DNA of 63,924 nt, counting the filler, from Reclinomonas americana ATCC 50394 (taxonomy: Eukaryota): assembly GCA_048213135.1 (NCBI GenBank). It is 8 parts of 8 records of this genome, joined end to end, with 100 filler letters (N's around TTAATTAATTAA, not from the genome) between each part and the next. Parts side by side here need not be neighbours in the genome. Positions count along the whole stretch, not along the records: positions 1 to 25,580 come from AFZH01022989.1; positions 25,681 to 27,244 come from AFZH01022996.1; positions 27,345 to 35,309 come from AFZH01022997.1; positions 35,410 to 43,696 come from AFZH01022998.1; 4 more parts are not named here. One strand, 5' to 3'. The notes below the pieces were generated by a model. That model was given only the letters and a program-made list of their open reading frames with translations, was not told the DNA's origin and ran no database searches. Each line of letters begins with the position of its first letter. Within the stretch, counting starts at the first letter, position 1. Below, in pieces: positions 24,852 through 37,600 of the stretch. A program made the translations under genes and the position numbers.

Positions 24852-25580
24852 GCGGGCGAGTTTGTGCTTGTGAGAGAGTGAGGGAGGGAGTGAATGCTGT
24901 TTATTCTGTGTTCCTTGCGCCGCTATGTATGATGACTTGGTGTGCCTGTACTTGTGTTCCTTCCTTCCGTCCATCCTCGTTGCCGCTGTGTCTACAATAT
25001 GCCCCCCGTTTCTCTACTTTACTTCCGAGAGAAGGGAATAGCTAGAGAGAGGGAGAGAGGGAGAAAGAAGAGAATCCACGCGGGAGCAAGAGTGAGCGAG
25101 CAACAAGGTGATTGATAGGAAGAGGCAGGGAGATGAGTGGCGGAATGAGGGAGAGAGGGACTGAGAATAGCGGTGGAATTGCGAGTGTGTGTGTGTGTGT
25201 GAGAAACAGAGTAAGCGAGGATGGTATTTGATGGAGTGAGGCAATGTGAGTGTGAGGCAGCGTGTTTAGAGGAAGTAGGGGAGTGGCAGCGTGGCGAGAG
25301 AGAGTGTGAGCAAGATGGTGATGGATGGGATGACAGAATCAGGCAGTGTGTGTGAAGAGAAAAGGTGAGCTGTGGAGCGACGAGCGAGTGAGGATGCAGG
25401 AGAAGGAGGAGTGAGAGAGTGTGGGAGCAGGGGGTGATGGTCGAGCAGCATAGTGATGGATGAGATGAGAGTGTGGGGCAGTGCAGGTGAGTGGTGGAGC
25501 GACGAGTGAGGATGGGAGAGGGAGGAGCAAGAGAGAGTGGGGGTGGTCGAGCAGCGTAGTGATGGATGAGATGAGAGTGT

Positions 25581-25680
25581 NNNNNNNNNNNNNNNNNNNN
25601 NNNNNNNNNNNNNNNNNNNNNNNNTTAATTAATTAANNNNNNNNNNNNNNNNNNNNNNNNNNNNNNNNNNNNNNNNNNNN
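25581..25680. other. Artificial contig-join spacer (44 N + TTAATTAATTAA + 44 N); also at 27245-27344, 35310-35409, 43697-43796, 48475-48574, 57064-57163 and 58196-58295
   Basis: Seven identical 100-bp spacers. TTAATTAATTAA gives stops in all six frames. Confidence 0.98.
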
Positions 25681-28427
25681 ATCATGGCCACCGCGACCCC
25701 CTCCACGTCCTCCACGATCATCCGCACCACGGGCTGACCTGTCGTCACCTCGGCCAGCATCGTGACCGCCGCGACCGCCGCCTCGCCCGCCACCTCTTCT
25801 CTCGCCATCGCCGTCTCGCCGGTCACCACCACCACCACCACGCCGATCGCCACCACGCCCGCCATCTTTCCGCTGCCCATCACCGCCACGATCATCGCGG
25901 TCTCGGTCACCACCACCGCCGGCGCCGCCGCCGCGTCCACGTCCACCGCGACCACCGCGATCGCCACCCCCGAATCCGCCTCGGCGGTGGGTCGATGGTG
26001 GCGGCCAGCCCGTCGGTCCGTCGTCGTCGTCATCTGGCGCACCCGCCATCTCGAACACAGCCGCTGGGTCCACGTCGTCACGCACAGCCGGGGATGGCGT
26101 CTCAATTTCCACACGTGCGCGGCGACAACAGTCAGCACACAATAACAACAACAATGACAACAAAGACGAGCAACATATCTGCATCGGCGGACACCTCGCC
26201 GTCGGCCAGCGGGACGCGCGTGTACGACTCGAGCGAGTCATCGTACCTGCATACGAAATATAACAACGAGTCAACACCACCCCCTCGTCATGTAATCCTC
26301 GTTGTGTGCGCAACTCGTCTTGATACTCATCCTGACGCTGCGCCGCGTGCAACACGTGCGCCTGCAGCTCAGCATCCACCGTCGCCTCCCACATCGCCTC
26401 GGCTTCGTCGTCCCTGCGGTCCCAGTTGAACCGCACAGGTGGTGGCTTGATCCAAGCCGACGCTCCGCCAGCGGCAGCGGTCGACGACGATGACGACGAG
26501 ACACGGTCGGCGCGCGACACCCCGGATCCCGACCCACCGGCCCCATCGTAGGGATCATGCGTGTCGGCCCCAGCCATGATCAGAAGCTGCGCAATCACTT
26601 TCTCCTTGTTGTTGTTGTACGTCGAGAACAACTGTGCCCCGTGCGAGTGAGAACGAGGGTGATGCAGCAAACGACGACTGAAACAATAACGCACGTCAAT
26701 AATGGTGGCACGATGCATGTCGGGAAACATATTGACGACCTCGTCAAGCTCCGTATCGCGTGCAGGCTGCAGTAACCCAGAGTGAACATAAACAGAACTC
26801 GAAGGTGACGCATCACTCCAAGATAGTAGAGTGTACGCACCAGAGAATCGCCCGACGGCGTATCAGCGGTACCGGCCAGCGGCTGGAGCAGGTTGCACAC
26901 TTCGCCAAGCAACTTCTCGTCGCAATGATATGCACTGCCGCCGCGACGCACGGCGTTGAGAATGGCGTACAGATTGAAGCGCTTCTGCAACACGGCCAAC
27001 AGCTGGCCATGGAAACGTCGCAAATGGACTGCTCACAAACACACGTGTTTTGAGTGCCTGATCATCTCGCACGCAACCTCTCCCGCGAAATTCAACTTCC
27101 GCTCTCTCCGCTCTCGGCCATCTCCTGCGGCGACACAAACTTGTCACCGGCAGTCTTCGCCGTCGAAGCCACACGCTCCACGCCCTTTAGCAACTTGGTC
27201 CACATGGCACGGCCGCCAGCACCTACACCGCACCACGTGAAACTNNNNNNNNNNNNNNNNNNNNNNNNNNNNNNNNNNNNNNNNNNNNTTAATTAATTAA
27301 NNNNNNNNNNNNNNNNNNNNNNNNNNNNNNNNNNNNNNNNNNNNGGCGTGTGTGAGAGAGATGAAGAGAATGCAGTGTGTGGAGAAGATGACGAAACCAA
27401 TCGATCCAAGAAACCCTCGTGTCGGAAGCACAGAGAACACTCTGGCATCACACGAAGGAACTCCTCCACGGCATGCACAAAATCGAAAATGTACTCGCAC
27501 AGGTCCGCAAACTCCTCTCCGTCGGCTGCTCCTCACCGAGTAATGCGTGTGAGAGAGACAGGCACAACGTGTGACACGGCGCACCACCAATGAAAACTCA
27601 CCTCGCTGTCGCACCAGAGCCTTGCGCTGATCGGCCATCTCGCCCAGCGCACGAGCCATCGCTCCAACCGAGTGCGTCAGATCCTGCAAGTACGCCGGCT
27701 GCGCAACGACCACGCGCTGCAGCAAATCCCGACACGCCATTGGCGCCGAGCGGCCATACATCGCGCACACATCAATCATCTTTGGCACATCAAAGATCCA
27801 GTTGTCGTAGATGCACTGTGCAAACCACTCCGGCTCCAGCCACTCTCCACTCGCCGTCTCCGTCAGCACCGTCAAGCGATGCAGCACCGCAAAGCACTTG
27901 CTCATAAGCTCGCGATACCAGCGCACAGATATGCCACTCATGAGGGCCGACTGCACGCGCCAACGCGGATCGTACGACTTGGTGGCGTAGCGCAGAAACG
28001 TGTCGAGAAACACACTCAATGACGGATCAAAGAGCACATGTGACCAGAATCCGTGCATGGGGAGGCGCAGAAGCACCGACAAATCGTCGCACATGACCTG
28101 CAACGCTCTCTGCTCGGTCTCATTGCTGTGAGAAAAAAAGCATTCAAATTTAGCTCCCACTCTTGACATGTCGACCTGCAGCACACACACTCTCTCTCTC
28201 TTTCTCTCGCGCGCGCGCACTTACCCATCCAGCTGTGGCTGCATGGCAAACGGCATAAAGTCAATGTCGCGCAGGAAGTGTGCGCTGAGCAGAGGCACTT
28301 CTTGCGCTTGCCCGCCAACCACCACGCGCCCTGTTCGTCGATTGAGAGGAACAGCTGCTGGCGCTGCTGCTGCTGATGCTGATGCACTAGAGGCACCCTC
28401 TGCGGGCGAGTCTGCAGCAGAGGCCAT
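25681..28427 (-). CDS. ASCC2: Activating signal cointegrator 1 complex subunit 2 (ASCC2/Cue3-like); multi-exon, spans one gap, 3' end in a gap
   Basis: LLRLPMHGFWSHVLFDPSLSVFLDTFLRY...CIYDNWIFDVPKMIDVCAMYG...QPAYLQDL resembles the ASCC2 N-terminal domain as I recall it. A CUE domain (VVNMFPD...LFSTYNNNKEKVIAQLL) lies at ~26585-26745, followed by an acidic EYQDE..YDDS motif and an RG/RGG-rich tail. Confidence 0.85.
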
Positions 28428-28694
28428 GGCTCAAGAGAGAGGGGCAAACACGTCGCGTCCTCCGAGAATGCAACAACTGACAAGTCGTAATTCGACTCGT
28501 GCGCGCGCTGCCAGTGATGCCGAGCGAAATTTCCGGTCTTTGAACGCCAAGCGGGTGTCGAGAGTGTTGCTTTCGACAAGAGCAAACAACGTCGAGTCCT
28601 GAACCGTAATTCTTCGCGCCAAAAAATACAGGTTTTTTGTGCGTTTGCTCATCTGCGCATTTATTAGGGTGCCCTTGCCGCCATCCTCTCGGGA

Positions 28695-31600
28695 ATGTCT
28701 GTGATGAAGATGCGGGTGCAGAGAGTGCATTCATGCGCTCCTACTCCTCTGATCGCACGCGGCAGACAAGGGCGACGGAAGCGCCAGCACCGAGACAGCG
28801 CTCTCTGGCCACTGCTGTCACCACCACTGTGCCTTCTGCTTGCAATGCTCCTGTTCTCGTGTGCGACAATCTCATGCGTGAGCGGCAATGAGCGCGATAT
28901 CAGAGAGGATGACGATGACAACGGCGGCAAAGTTGCGGCTCGTACCACCCCACAGAGATGCTCAGCCGAATGCTCATTGTTTCACTTGTGTGTCTCGTGT
29001 GTGTGCGACGGTCAACATCGCAGTGGAGGGCGGCTGTGGCGCCCGACATCCGATTTGTCAACATGGATGGTGAGTGAATGTGTCTGTGTGTCGCACATTC
29101 ATGTTATGCATGCATGGCTTACGGGGTTGTTGGCGGCAGGCGTCCTTCCTCCCTCATGGGCGACGGAAAGCAAGTACAAAACTCTGGCGACCACGATCAC
29201 CTCTGTGACTCCCCGATTCGTCTCCACTGCATCGTGAGTTGCCCTTCTCTCACCCTCCATTTCTCTCGCTGTCCGCAAGTGCACTCACCTCTCACGCACG
29301 ACAGGTATCGCCGCTTCACCATCACCGGGACCGAGTTGATCGACAACAGCAGCGATGCTGGCATGGTGGGATTCATTGTCGAGGGGGCCACGGGAGGGTG
29401 CATCGCCTCCAATTTTGTGTTGGGATATTCACCACCGAGTGGAGGCAGCGGCAAGTCGACAACTTCACCAACATCATCCCTGTCCACACCATGGACAGCA
29501 GAGGAAGAGAATCCACCGCGGACGGCGTCAACGCACCACCGAGTTGGTCTTCGTGTCGCACTCTCCACCATTGTGTTCACCAAAGTCACATCTCTCGCGG
29601 CTGGTGTGTATCGCATGTGCATTCGCTGGGCACCCACCTCTGCGTACGTGGCGGTCGATGGCTCTTTTCAAGTGACTGTCGTCGGTCGGTGCACGCTGGC
29701 CGGCGGTTCGACAGTCGGCACGACAAACGGCAACGCCATCACTCAGGCTCTGTTCAACAGCCCGTTCGGAATCGTGCGTGACAGCGACGGCGGGTGGTTT
29801 GTGAGCGACAGCGTTGCGTAGCACCCGAGCATAAATGGAGGTACAGCAGTCGACCTGAAACTGATTCGTGCATGTGTTCACAGAATACGCACAAAATTCG
29901 TCGCATCACCCCCTCCGGTTATGTTTACGACTTTGCCGGCAGCGGTTCCTCGGGAACCACAAACGGATATCGCACAGCTGCCAAGTTCAACGGACCCAGT
30001 GCTCTTATCCTCGACTCGGATAACCTTTACATTGCGGATGCCAACAATTCCTGCATTCGCCGTGCGGCGGCGGACGGCACAGTCTCCACGTTTGTGGGAA
30101 CTTGCGGATCTTCAGCGGCAGTTGACGGAGCGTTTGCCAGCGCAAAGTTCGGCACCGTCACTTACCTCTCTGGCACTGGCAGTCGCATGTACGCGAACGA
30201 TTCTAGCAACAACCGCGTGCGCCTTGTCGATACGAACTCCGGTTGCGTGCAGTATCCCCTGTTCTCAGTCCGTTTCGTGAAGTATTCACTCAGAAAGACT
30301 CACACAGGCACGGTATCCACAATTGCCGGAGATGGCAGCTCATCGACAGTTGTCGGCACACTTCCAGCTTCCGTGAAGCAGCCTGCTGGAGTCGCGGTTT
30401 CGCCCGACAGCAGTGCAGTCTACGTTGCAGATGCTACGAATGCGATTCTTGCAGCAAACTTCGCCACCAACACACTGGAGCTGGAGGCTGGCAGCAGTGG
30501 TGGTCTTTCAGGCCTCCTTGACGGGTGGTCGGCGTTTGTCAGCACGCTGCCACGAGCGTTGTTTTCGTCTCCTGGCGGTCTGGCATTCGACAAGTGGGGA
30601 TCTCTTGTGATTGCCGATATGGTGTGTGCTGTGTGCCTCACTTGCGAACTCCCGACTCATGACACTCACCCTGTGCAGTCCAACAATGCCGTCCGCGAAA
30701 TGACAGTCGACGGCTACGTGTCCACACTGGCCTCGTCCATCACAAGCCCCAAGGTCCCCTTTGTGGACTTTGATGGCGCCACGGTGTTTGTACCGTACGC
30801 AGTTGCGGTGGCTGTGGTTTCTCCACCATGGCCAGCCACCACTCTATCACTCACAGACGAGAGCACGCAGGGCTCTGGTCCACGAATCGACGCTCTCTAC
30901 GTCGGCAGTTGCGTCGCCACTGAGCGGCCCCCATCTCTTCAGACTGATATTGTCTCTGAAAGGCACTCTACAACCTTTGCACAGGTGCTGTTTTGACCCT
31001 GACCCCTCACGCACTGGCCCCAAACTCCGGAACGCAGCAAGTGACCATTCGCGGCTGCTCACTGATGGATTTGTCATCAGTCTCGAACGCCTATCTCCTG
31101 GTGCAGTCGACAATGGACTGCGCAGCCGCAGTTGTTCCGAGCACGAACCCGAGCGTAACTGGCGTCAACTTTGTCGACTCGAGCACTATTGTTCTCAGCA
31201 TCGATACCACCAACGCGCTGACGGGCAACTTCAACTTGTGTTATCGGATACGCATGGGCAAGACGCCTTTCGTGCAGAAAGCCGTACTTCGGATGTGGCG
31301 CGTGGACAGTCTGTCGCCCACAAAACTGTATGCGCGCTCGGGAGGAGTAGTTGCCGTGCTTGGTGTTGGACTCCCAGACGTCACAGCGCGCGGATCCTCT
31401 GCAGTCACAGTCGGCATCGGCAGCTCATGTGCTTCGCTGACCAGCACGCTCACTGCAACAGTCACATATGTGAGCTCGACACGATTTACGATAACTATCG
31501 GCGTGGCTGCGTCAGCCGGCACATACACCGTGTGCTTTGATGACGATTCGACTGCGCCAGCTGCGGTGATTGGCACCATTGTTTTCTGTTGCGTCTCAGT

Positions 31601-34600
31601 TGTCTTGTTCTCGACAGAGCAAGGTGCACTAATCTTGTGTCCTCCGTGGCATCAGTGGCACCTCGTGTGTGTACCATAGCTGGGAGTTTGAGCGGCACAA
31701 CAGGAACTACCAATGGCATTGCTACGAGCTCTCGATTCAACGGGCCAACGGGCCTGGCATTGAGGGCAACTACCGGCGACCTGTATGTGGCAGACACAAA
31801 CAACGGCGCAATTAGAATGGTTTCCACAACAGGCACTGTGTCAACGGTGGCCGGCATTGCCGGGATTCTGGGAACTGTCGATGGCGCCGTCGGTGTCGCG
31901 AAACTGAAAAGTCCCTATGGACTAGCATTCGACTCCACCAGCAATGTGCTCTACTTTACTGACCAGACCGCACCTCGCATTGGCAAGGTAGACCTTGTTG
32001 GGCAAACGGTTTCCACGGTTGTCGGCAACGGCACCGCCGCGCTCGTAGACGGCTCGTTTAGTGCGGCGCGACTGGTGGGTCCGACTCACATGATACGCGC
32101 GCTGACAGGCGAAGACATATATTTTTGCGATGCGACTGTTGCGTCTCGAGTGCATACACGATGACAATTGCTAGCGTCTTGACTGACTTGGAAATAATAT
32201 CACACAGGGCTATCGAGTGCGAGTAGTCCAGTTCGCAACCAGCACTGTTACCACTGTTGCAGGAACTGGCGTGGCTGGCTTTCTAGACGGCGCAGCCCTT
32301 GCCGCCACTTTCAACAAGCCTTTTGGCATAGCCTGGCTCTCCGCGACACAGCTGCTCATCGCCGACAGTACCAACTTTCGTATTCGACTGGTGGATCTGG
32401 CGAGCAACTCTGTCTCGACAGTTGCAGGCACAGGCACACTCGGGTTTGTTTGTTTGTTAGGACACCGATTCTTGTTCTGTGTGTGACAATTGTGTTGGAA
32501 AGGACCACGGATGGACAGTCTGCAACTGTCGGTATAGTCAGCGGCCTCGTATCGAACGGCACCGGGTTCTTTTTTGTCGATACCGTTGAGTAGTAGCCCT
32601 TGATTTTCTTGGAATCTCTAGTCTTCGTGCTAATCTACATCTACACAGTCTGCCCGTACGATTCGTATGCTTACCAACGTCACCAGTGGCGGTGAGCATG
32701 CGTGCGACCACCTACATAGTCCCCGACCGTGCACACATTTGTACTAACTGCAGCACACCTGCAGTGTGGAGTGTTAGTCACGCTGTTGGCAACATTGGTT
32801 CCACTGGGCGTGCCGATGGCGTGTACCCGAGCGCGACGGTTTGCTCTCTTGCTGTCGTTATCCACTCTGCATTCATGGTGCTTTGGTACGCAGACTGACG
32901 AGTGTTATCTGTCTTTCCGTCCACAGTTATCTTCCACCGTTAGTGCAATGGAGTACAATGCAGCGATCGGGGTATTGTATTTCTCGGATTCTGGCAACAA
33001 CAGCATTCGAGTTGTCTGTGATAACCGTTGCGTCACCACTATCCACGGACACAGCGTGCCGTCTCATCTGACAACGACTTTGCTGCGCTCTTGCAGCTTC
33101 GGTGACTTTTGTCGACATTACTTCGTTCATCAACAACACTTCGTCACCAGTTACTGTTACTTTATCCGGCTGCGGATTTATTGACGTATCTTCGGATGCC
33201 TCGGCTATCCAAGTAACAGATCTCTCTTCGACGCCTGTTTCCGGCATCGCAGTGACAGGTACACTCAGCGGCTCGCAGCTTTTGCTTTCGGTCACCGCGA
33301 CGACGATTGCTGCTGGAAAGTACAACATGCTCATTCGCTGGTCTCAAACCTCCCAGTATCTCTTCGCATTCGCCTTTACAATCGGTGAGTGTGCTGTACT
33401 GTGCTGTACCGTCGTCGATCAGTACGCCGAATGCACGCATATCCACGCTCATTCTTTCCGTACAGTCACTCGCCCCGTTGTGACGTCGGTGAGCGCCGTG
33501 TCAGTCATCACTGGCGTCACTGTCAGTACGCCCTTCACTGTACGTGGATCAAACTTTTTGAACGTGTCGGCCGACTCGGGTGCATTGCAAGTCTCTACCA
33601 GCAACACCATGATGAATATGGCCTCATCGATCACCACCTCGTTCGTGTTCACCAACACCGGTGAAGCAACGGCGAATATTCTCGGATCGTCGGCCGCACC
33701 CGGAACGTATTACTTGTGGATTCGGTGGTTGCCGAAGGGACTATATGCGCTTGCTTTCACATTCACCGTTCGTTGCGTCAGCATTGCTTCCTTTCTTCAC
33801 GTGTGTCGCACAAAAGGAATCCTCAAGGTTTCTGCTTTCCCCCACGATACCGCAGAGGATCCCGGAGTTGTCTCCACCGTTGATGCCAGTGTCGCTGTCA
33901 GCAGCCCTCTCTCACCTGTTACCACCACAATCACCGTCACTGGTTCCAATTTCAGCAACGTCTCTGTCGACACCGATGCGCTCGCCTTCATCGGTGTTGG
34001 GTTGGGTTATATCTTGACTCCAGTTTCAGGGTTCCGTTGCTGGGCACCAGCAGCAACCGTTTCTTCCACGCAGCTGGTGCTGTTTGTGGAAGTCACTGGT
34101 GTCAGCGCTGGCTCGTACCGTGTGGCTGTACGCTGGTCGCCGGTGGCGTCGTATGTCGCGGCCTTTTCTCTGAATGTTGGTGCGTGATACTTGATGTGTA
34201 CTCAGAAGTGATTAGGGTTACCTAACGTGGCGCTTGCATCTCACAGTCACGGCTGGCACCATCTCCTCTGCGACTCCACTGCCTGTCATCGGCAACGTCG
34301 GCGTCGCCAATCCGTTGTCGCTATTTGGCTCGGACATGCAGTCGGTAGCTGCCGACTCTGCTGCTTGCGTACTCAACGACGCAGGAGCCACCTCACTGGT
34401 AACTACGTTCGTGGACAGCACGTCCATGACGGTCATGATCCCTTCGCTGTCCCCGGGGACGTATCAACTCAGCATTCGGTGGGTGCTCCAGTCTTCCTAC
34501 TCGACGACGTTTGCCTTCACTGTCGGTGCGTGCACTCACAAGACATGTCTCTGACAATGCGGGAAGCCTCATTCTCTTCACAGTGCCACCGGGAAGTGTG

Positions 34601-37600
34601 ACAGCGGCGGACAAGACTGTGTTCTTGAATGACGCGACGAGTGCGGTGACGGTGAATGTGTCTGGCAGTGGGCTGCTGAATGTGTGCGGCGACAGCAGCG
34701 CAGTGGGTGCTGTTGCGGCAGGGTCGAACACGTTTGCTTCTGGGATCACGGTGGCTTGCGCGTTTGTCAACAGCACGAGCATGTTACTCGGTGTGCTTGT
34801 GAATGGGGCGAGTGCGGGGACGTACACCATGAAGGTGCGATGGTCGACCGTGTCGCCCTACAACTCGGCGTTCAGCATTAGCGTCTGTTGCGTTGGGAGA
34901 GAGAGAGAGAGAATGAGAAGATGGATCTTACAGAAGAATGACTGTGTGTGCTCTTGTGTATGTGTGTTTGTGCGTGCACAGTGTCGCCGGGAAGTGTGAC
35001 AGCGGCGGACAAGACTGTGTTCTTGAATGACGCGACGAGTGCGGTGACGGTGAATGTGTCTGGCAGTGGGCTGCTGAATGTGTGCGGCGACAGCAGCGCA
35101 GTGGGTGCTGTGGCGGCAGGGTCGAACACGTTTGCTTCTGGGATCACGGTGGCTTGCGCGTTTGTGAACAGCACGAGCATGTTACTCGGTGTGCTTGTGA
35201 ATGGAGCGAGTGCGGGGACGTACACCATGAAGGTGCGATGGTCGACTGTGTCACCGTACAACTCGGCGTTCAGCATTAGCGTCTGTTGCGTTGGGAGAGA
35301 GAGAGAGAANNNNNNNNNNNNNNNNNNNNNNNNNNNNNNNNNNNNNNNNNNNNTTAATTAATTAANNNNNNNNNNNNNNNNNNNNNNNNNNNNNNNNNNN
35401 NNNNNNNNNGGGCGTTCCACTTGCTGTCTCTTGGAGCTGTGTCTTTTTCTCCGCCTTGGGCTCTGGCGCTGTCGAAGATTGTGGCTTGTCGTTCACCCCG
35501 GAGTTGACCAACATCGTGGGACCTGGTGGCATGCGGAACGGAACGTTTCGAAAGCAGTTACCGTCGGTGAAATGCACTCTGTTTCACGTTTCTTATTTTC
35601 TTCGACGTACACCAGGTACGCATTCACTGTATTGGCCAAACGAGGCAGCTTCTCGGCCACGGCCAGCTCCTCCATCACTTACGGCGCCTCAAATTCCTTG
35701 TATTTGTTAGTGGTACGTGTTTACCGGTGTGAATGTCAGTGATCATCGTTGCTCGAATGCTCACCACACTGAGGCGCAGCCGAGTGTCGGCGAAACTTCT
35801 TCGCAGTTACGCAACTGGATGGAGCCGTTTGTTGTGCGCGCCGTCATGTCGGGTGCGATTGCCGATCGATCAGATGTGACGGCCAGATTCAATGTCACCG
35901 GTGTGTGTTGCGCTTTTGTACCCTTTCCCGCGCATTGCTCACTTCTGCACTGTGACGCAGATCTGCGCACCGCGTCCGCTGTCTCTCTCGACAAATTCGA
36001 AATCGTGCGGAACTCACGCTCGCTGCCGATTGCTTTGCGCGTCGCGGCAGGTGTATTGGATGCTGGCGCACGCTACAAGTTTGCATACGCTGCGCAAGCC
36101 GGAGGATCCATGTGTTGCGTGTGGTGCTGGGTCGATTTCCTCCGTTGACTGCACCAGTTGATCTGTGTGTACTTTAGTGAGCACTACACTCGAGGTGGCC
36201 ATGCGACCGCGTCCCAGTATCACGGGTTCGATTATGGCGACGCCGCAGCAGGGCGTTGAGCGATCCACGCTTTATACGATCACTGCACCGACGGGGAGCG
36301 GCGGCACCGGTGCGGTGCTATTTTACACATTTTACTACAATCGAGTGCGAACGGGCACTTCTGTTCTCCTCGGCATGCAACTGAACTCGACGCTGGTTAC
36401 CACCCTGGAGGCTGGTGATCCAAACGACCAATACCGCGTGTCCGTTCAAGTGGAAGTCAGTGATGCGACTGGCGTGGCATCCAAGTTTCGTAAGTTGGTA
36501 CCATTTCACGCTCACACTTACGCCTGTTCACCAACATGCCTTTGTGATTGGCGCAGGGCGAGTTTGAACACCACAGTCATCGTCAGCCCGCAACCGAATG
36601 CAGGATCCGTGCAGCTCCAACAGCAATTTGTCATGGGTGTGTCGACTCTGTCGGCGATGCCGCTCCGTGACAGCGCAGATGCTGCGCAGGTGGTGGCGCG
36701 CGCATACTATCTGCTGGCGATGCTGGAGGAGACCGATAGTCGAACAGCAGTGCTTGCCGGTGGTACGCCGACATATGCGGCCATGGTCTCTGTTGCCACG
36801 CAATTGTCGACTGCGACCGCGCTGCTCCGCCCCAGTGATATGCCGCGCGTTGTAACTGGCTTGCTCAGTTGCCTGAATCTGTGCTCCTTGTGCGTTTCTC
36901 CTCGTCTCCTCAAACTCTTTATCTGTGCACTCATTTGCCTTCTCCCCGCAGTGCGCTGCCGCAGGTTCCTCAGACGGAGCGCATCGCGGTCATTGGAGCC
37001 ATGATTTCGTCTGCGGAGGCCGTCTCCAAGTCGTCGATCGTGAGTCAGAGTTCAGATGCTGCCTCGATACTGCAACTTGCCGATCGCCTCGCTGCGACAC
37101 TGCCCGGAATCGCTCAAGCTGTGGATACAAGTACCTTGGGCAGTCGACTCACAAAGTCGGCAGAGCAGGTGCTCACCACTGCGGTGGCGGTGCAGGTATG
37201 CTGAAAGAGGGGCCCTTGATCCTTGACGCCTTCTTGTCTTACATTTCGACATGCAATCCAACCGCAGGTTCCCGGTGATGCACCTGCTCGCTTTGTTGGT
37301 TCCACCTTCACAATGGAGGCAGCGCACTTCTCAGCCGAACAGTCACCGACTGCCACCACCACCGTCAAGTTCGTAGACAACAACAACGCGACAACGGTCT
37401 TGGGAGCTCTCGCACAGTTCGATGCTGCAAGCGACTCTACATCGGTGGCTTCATCCTTCGCCTTTCCGCGTTCATTTGCGTCCGTTGTTGGTGGGCGCAG
37501 TGACAGTGCTGTGTACATCTCGACCATGTTCGCTGCCGGCACGAATCCGTACGACGCACTTGGTACCGGCACCGTGAATCAGGGCAGTAACAAGACAGCC

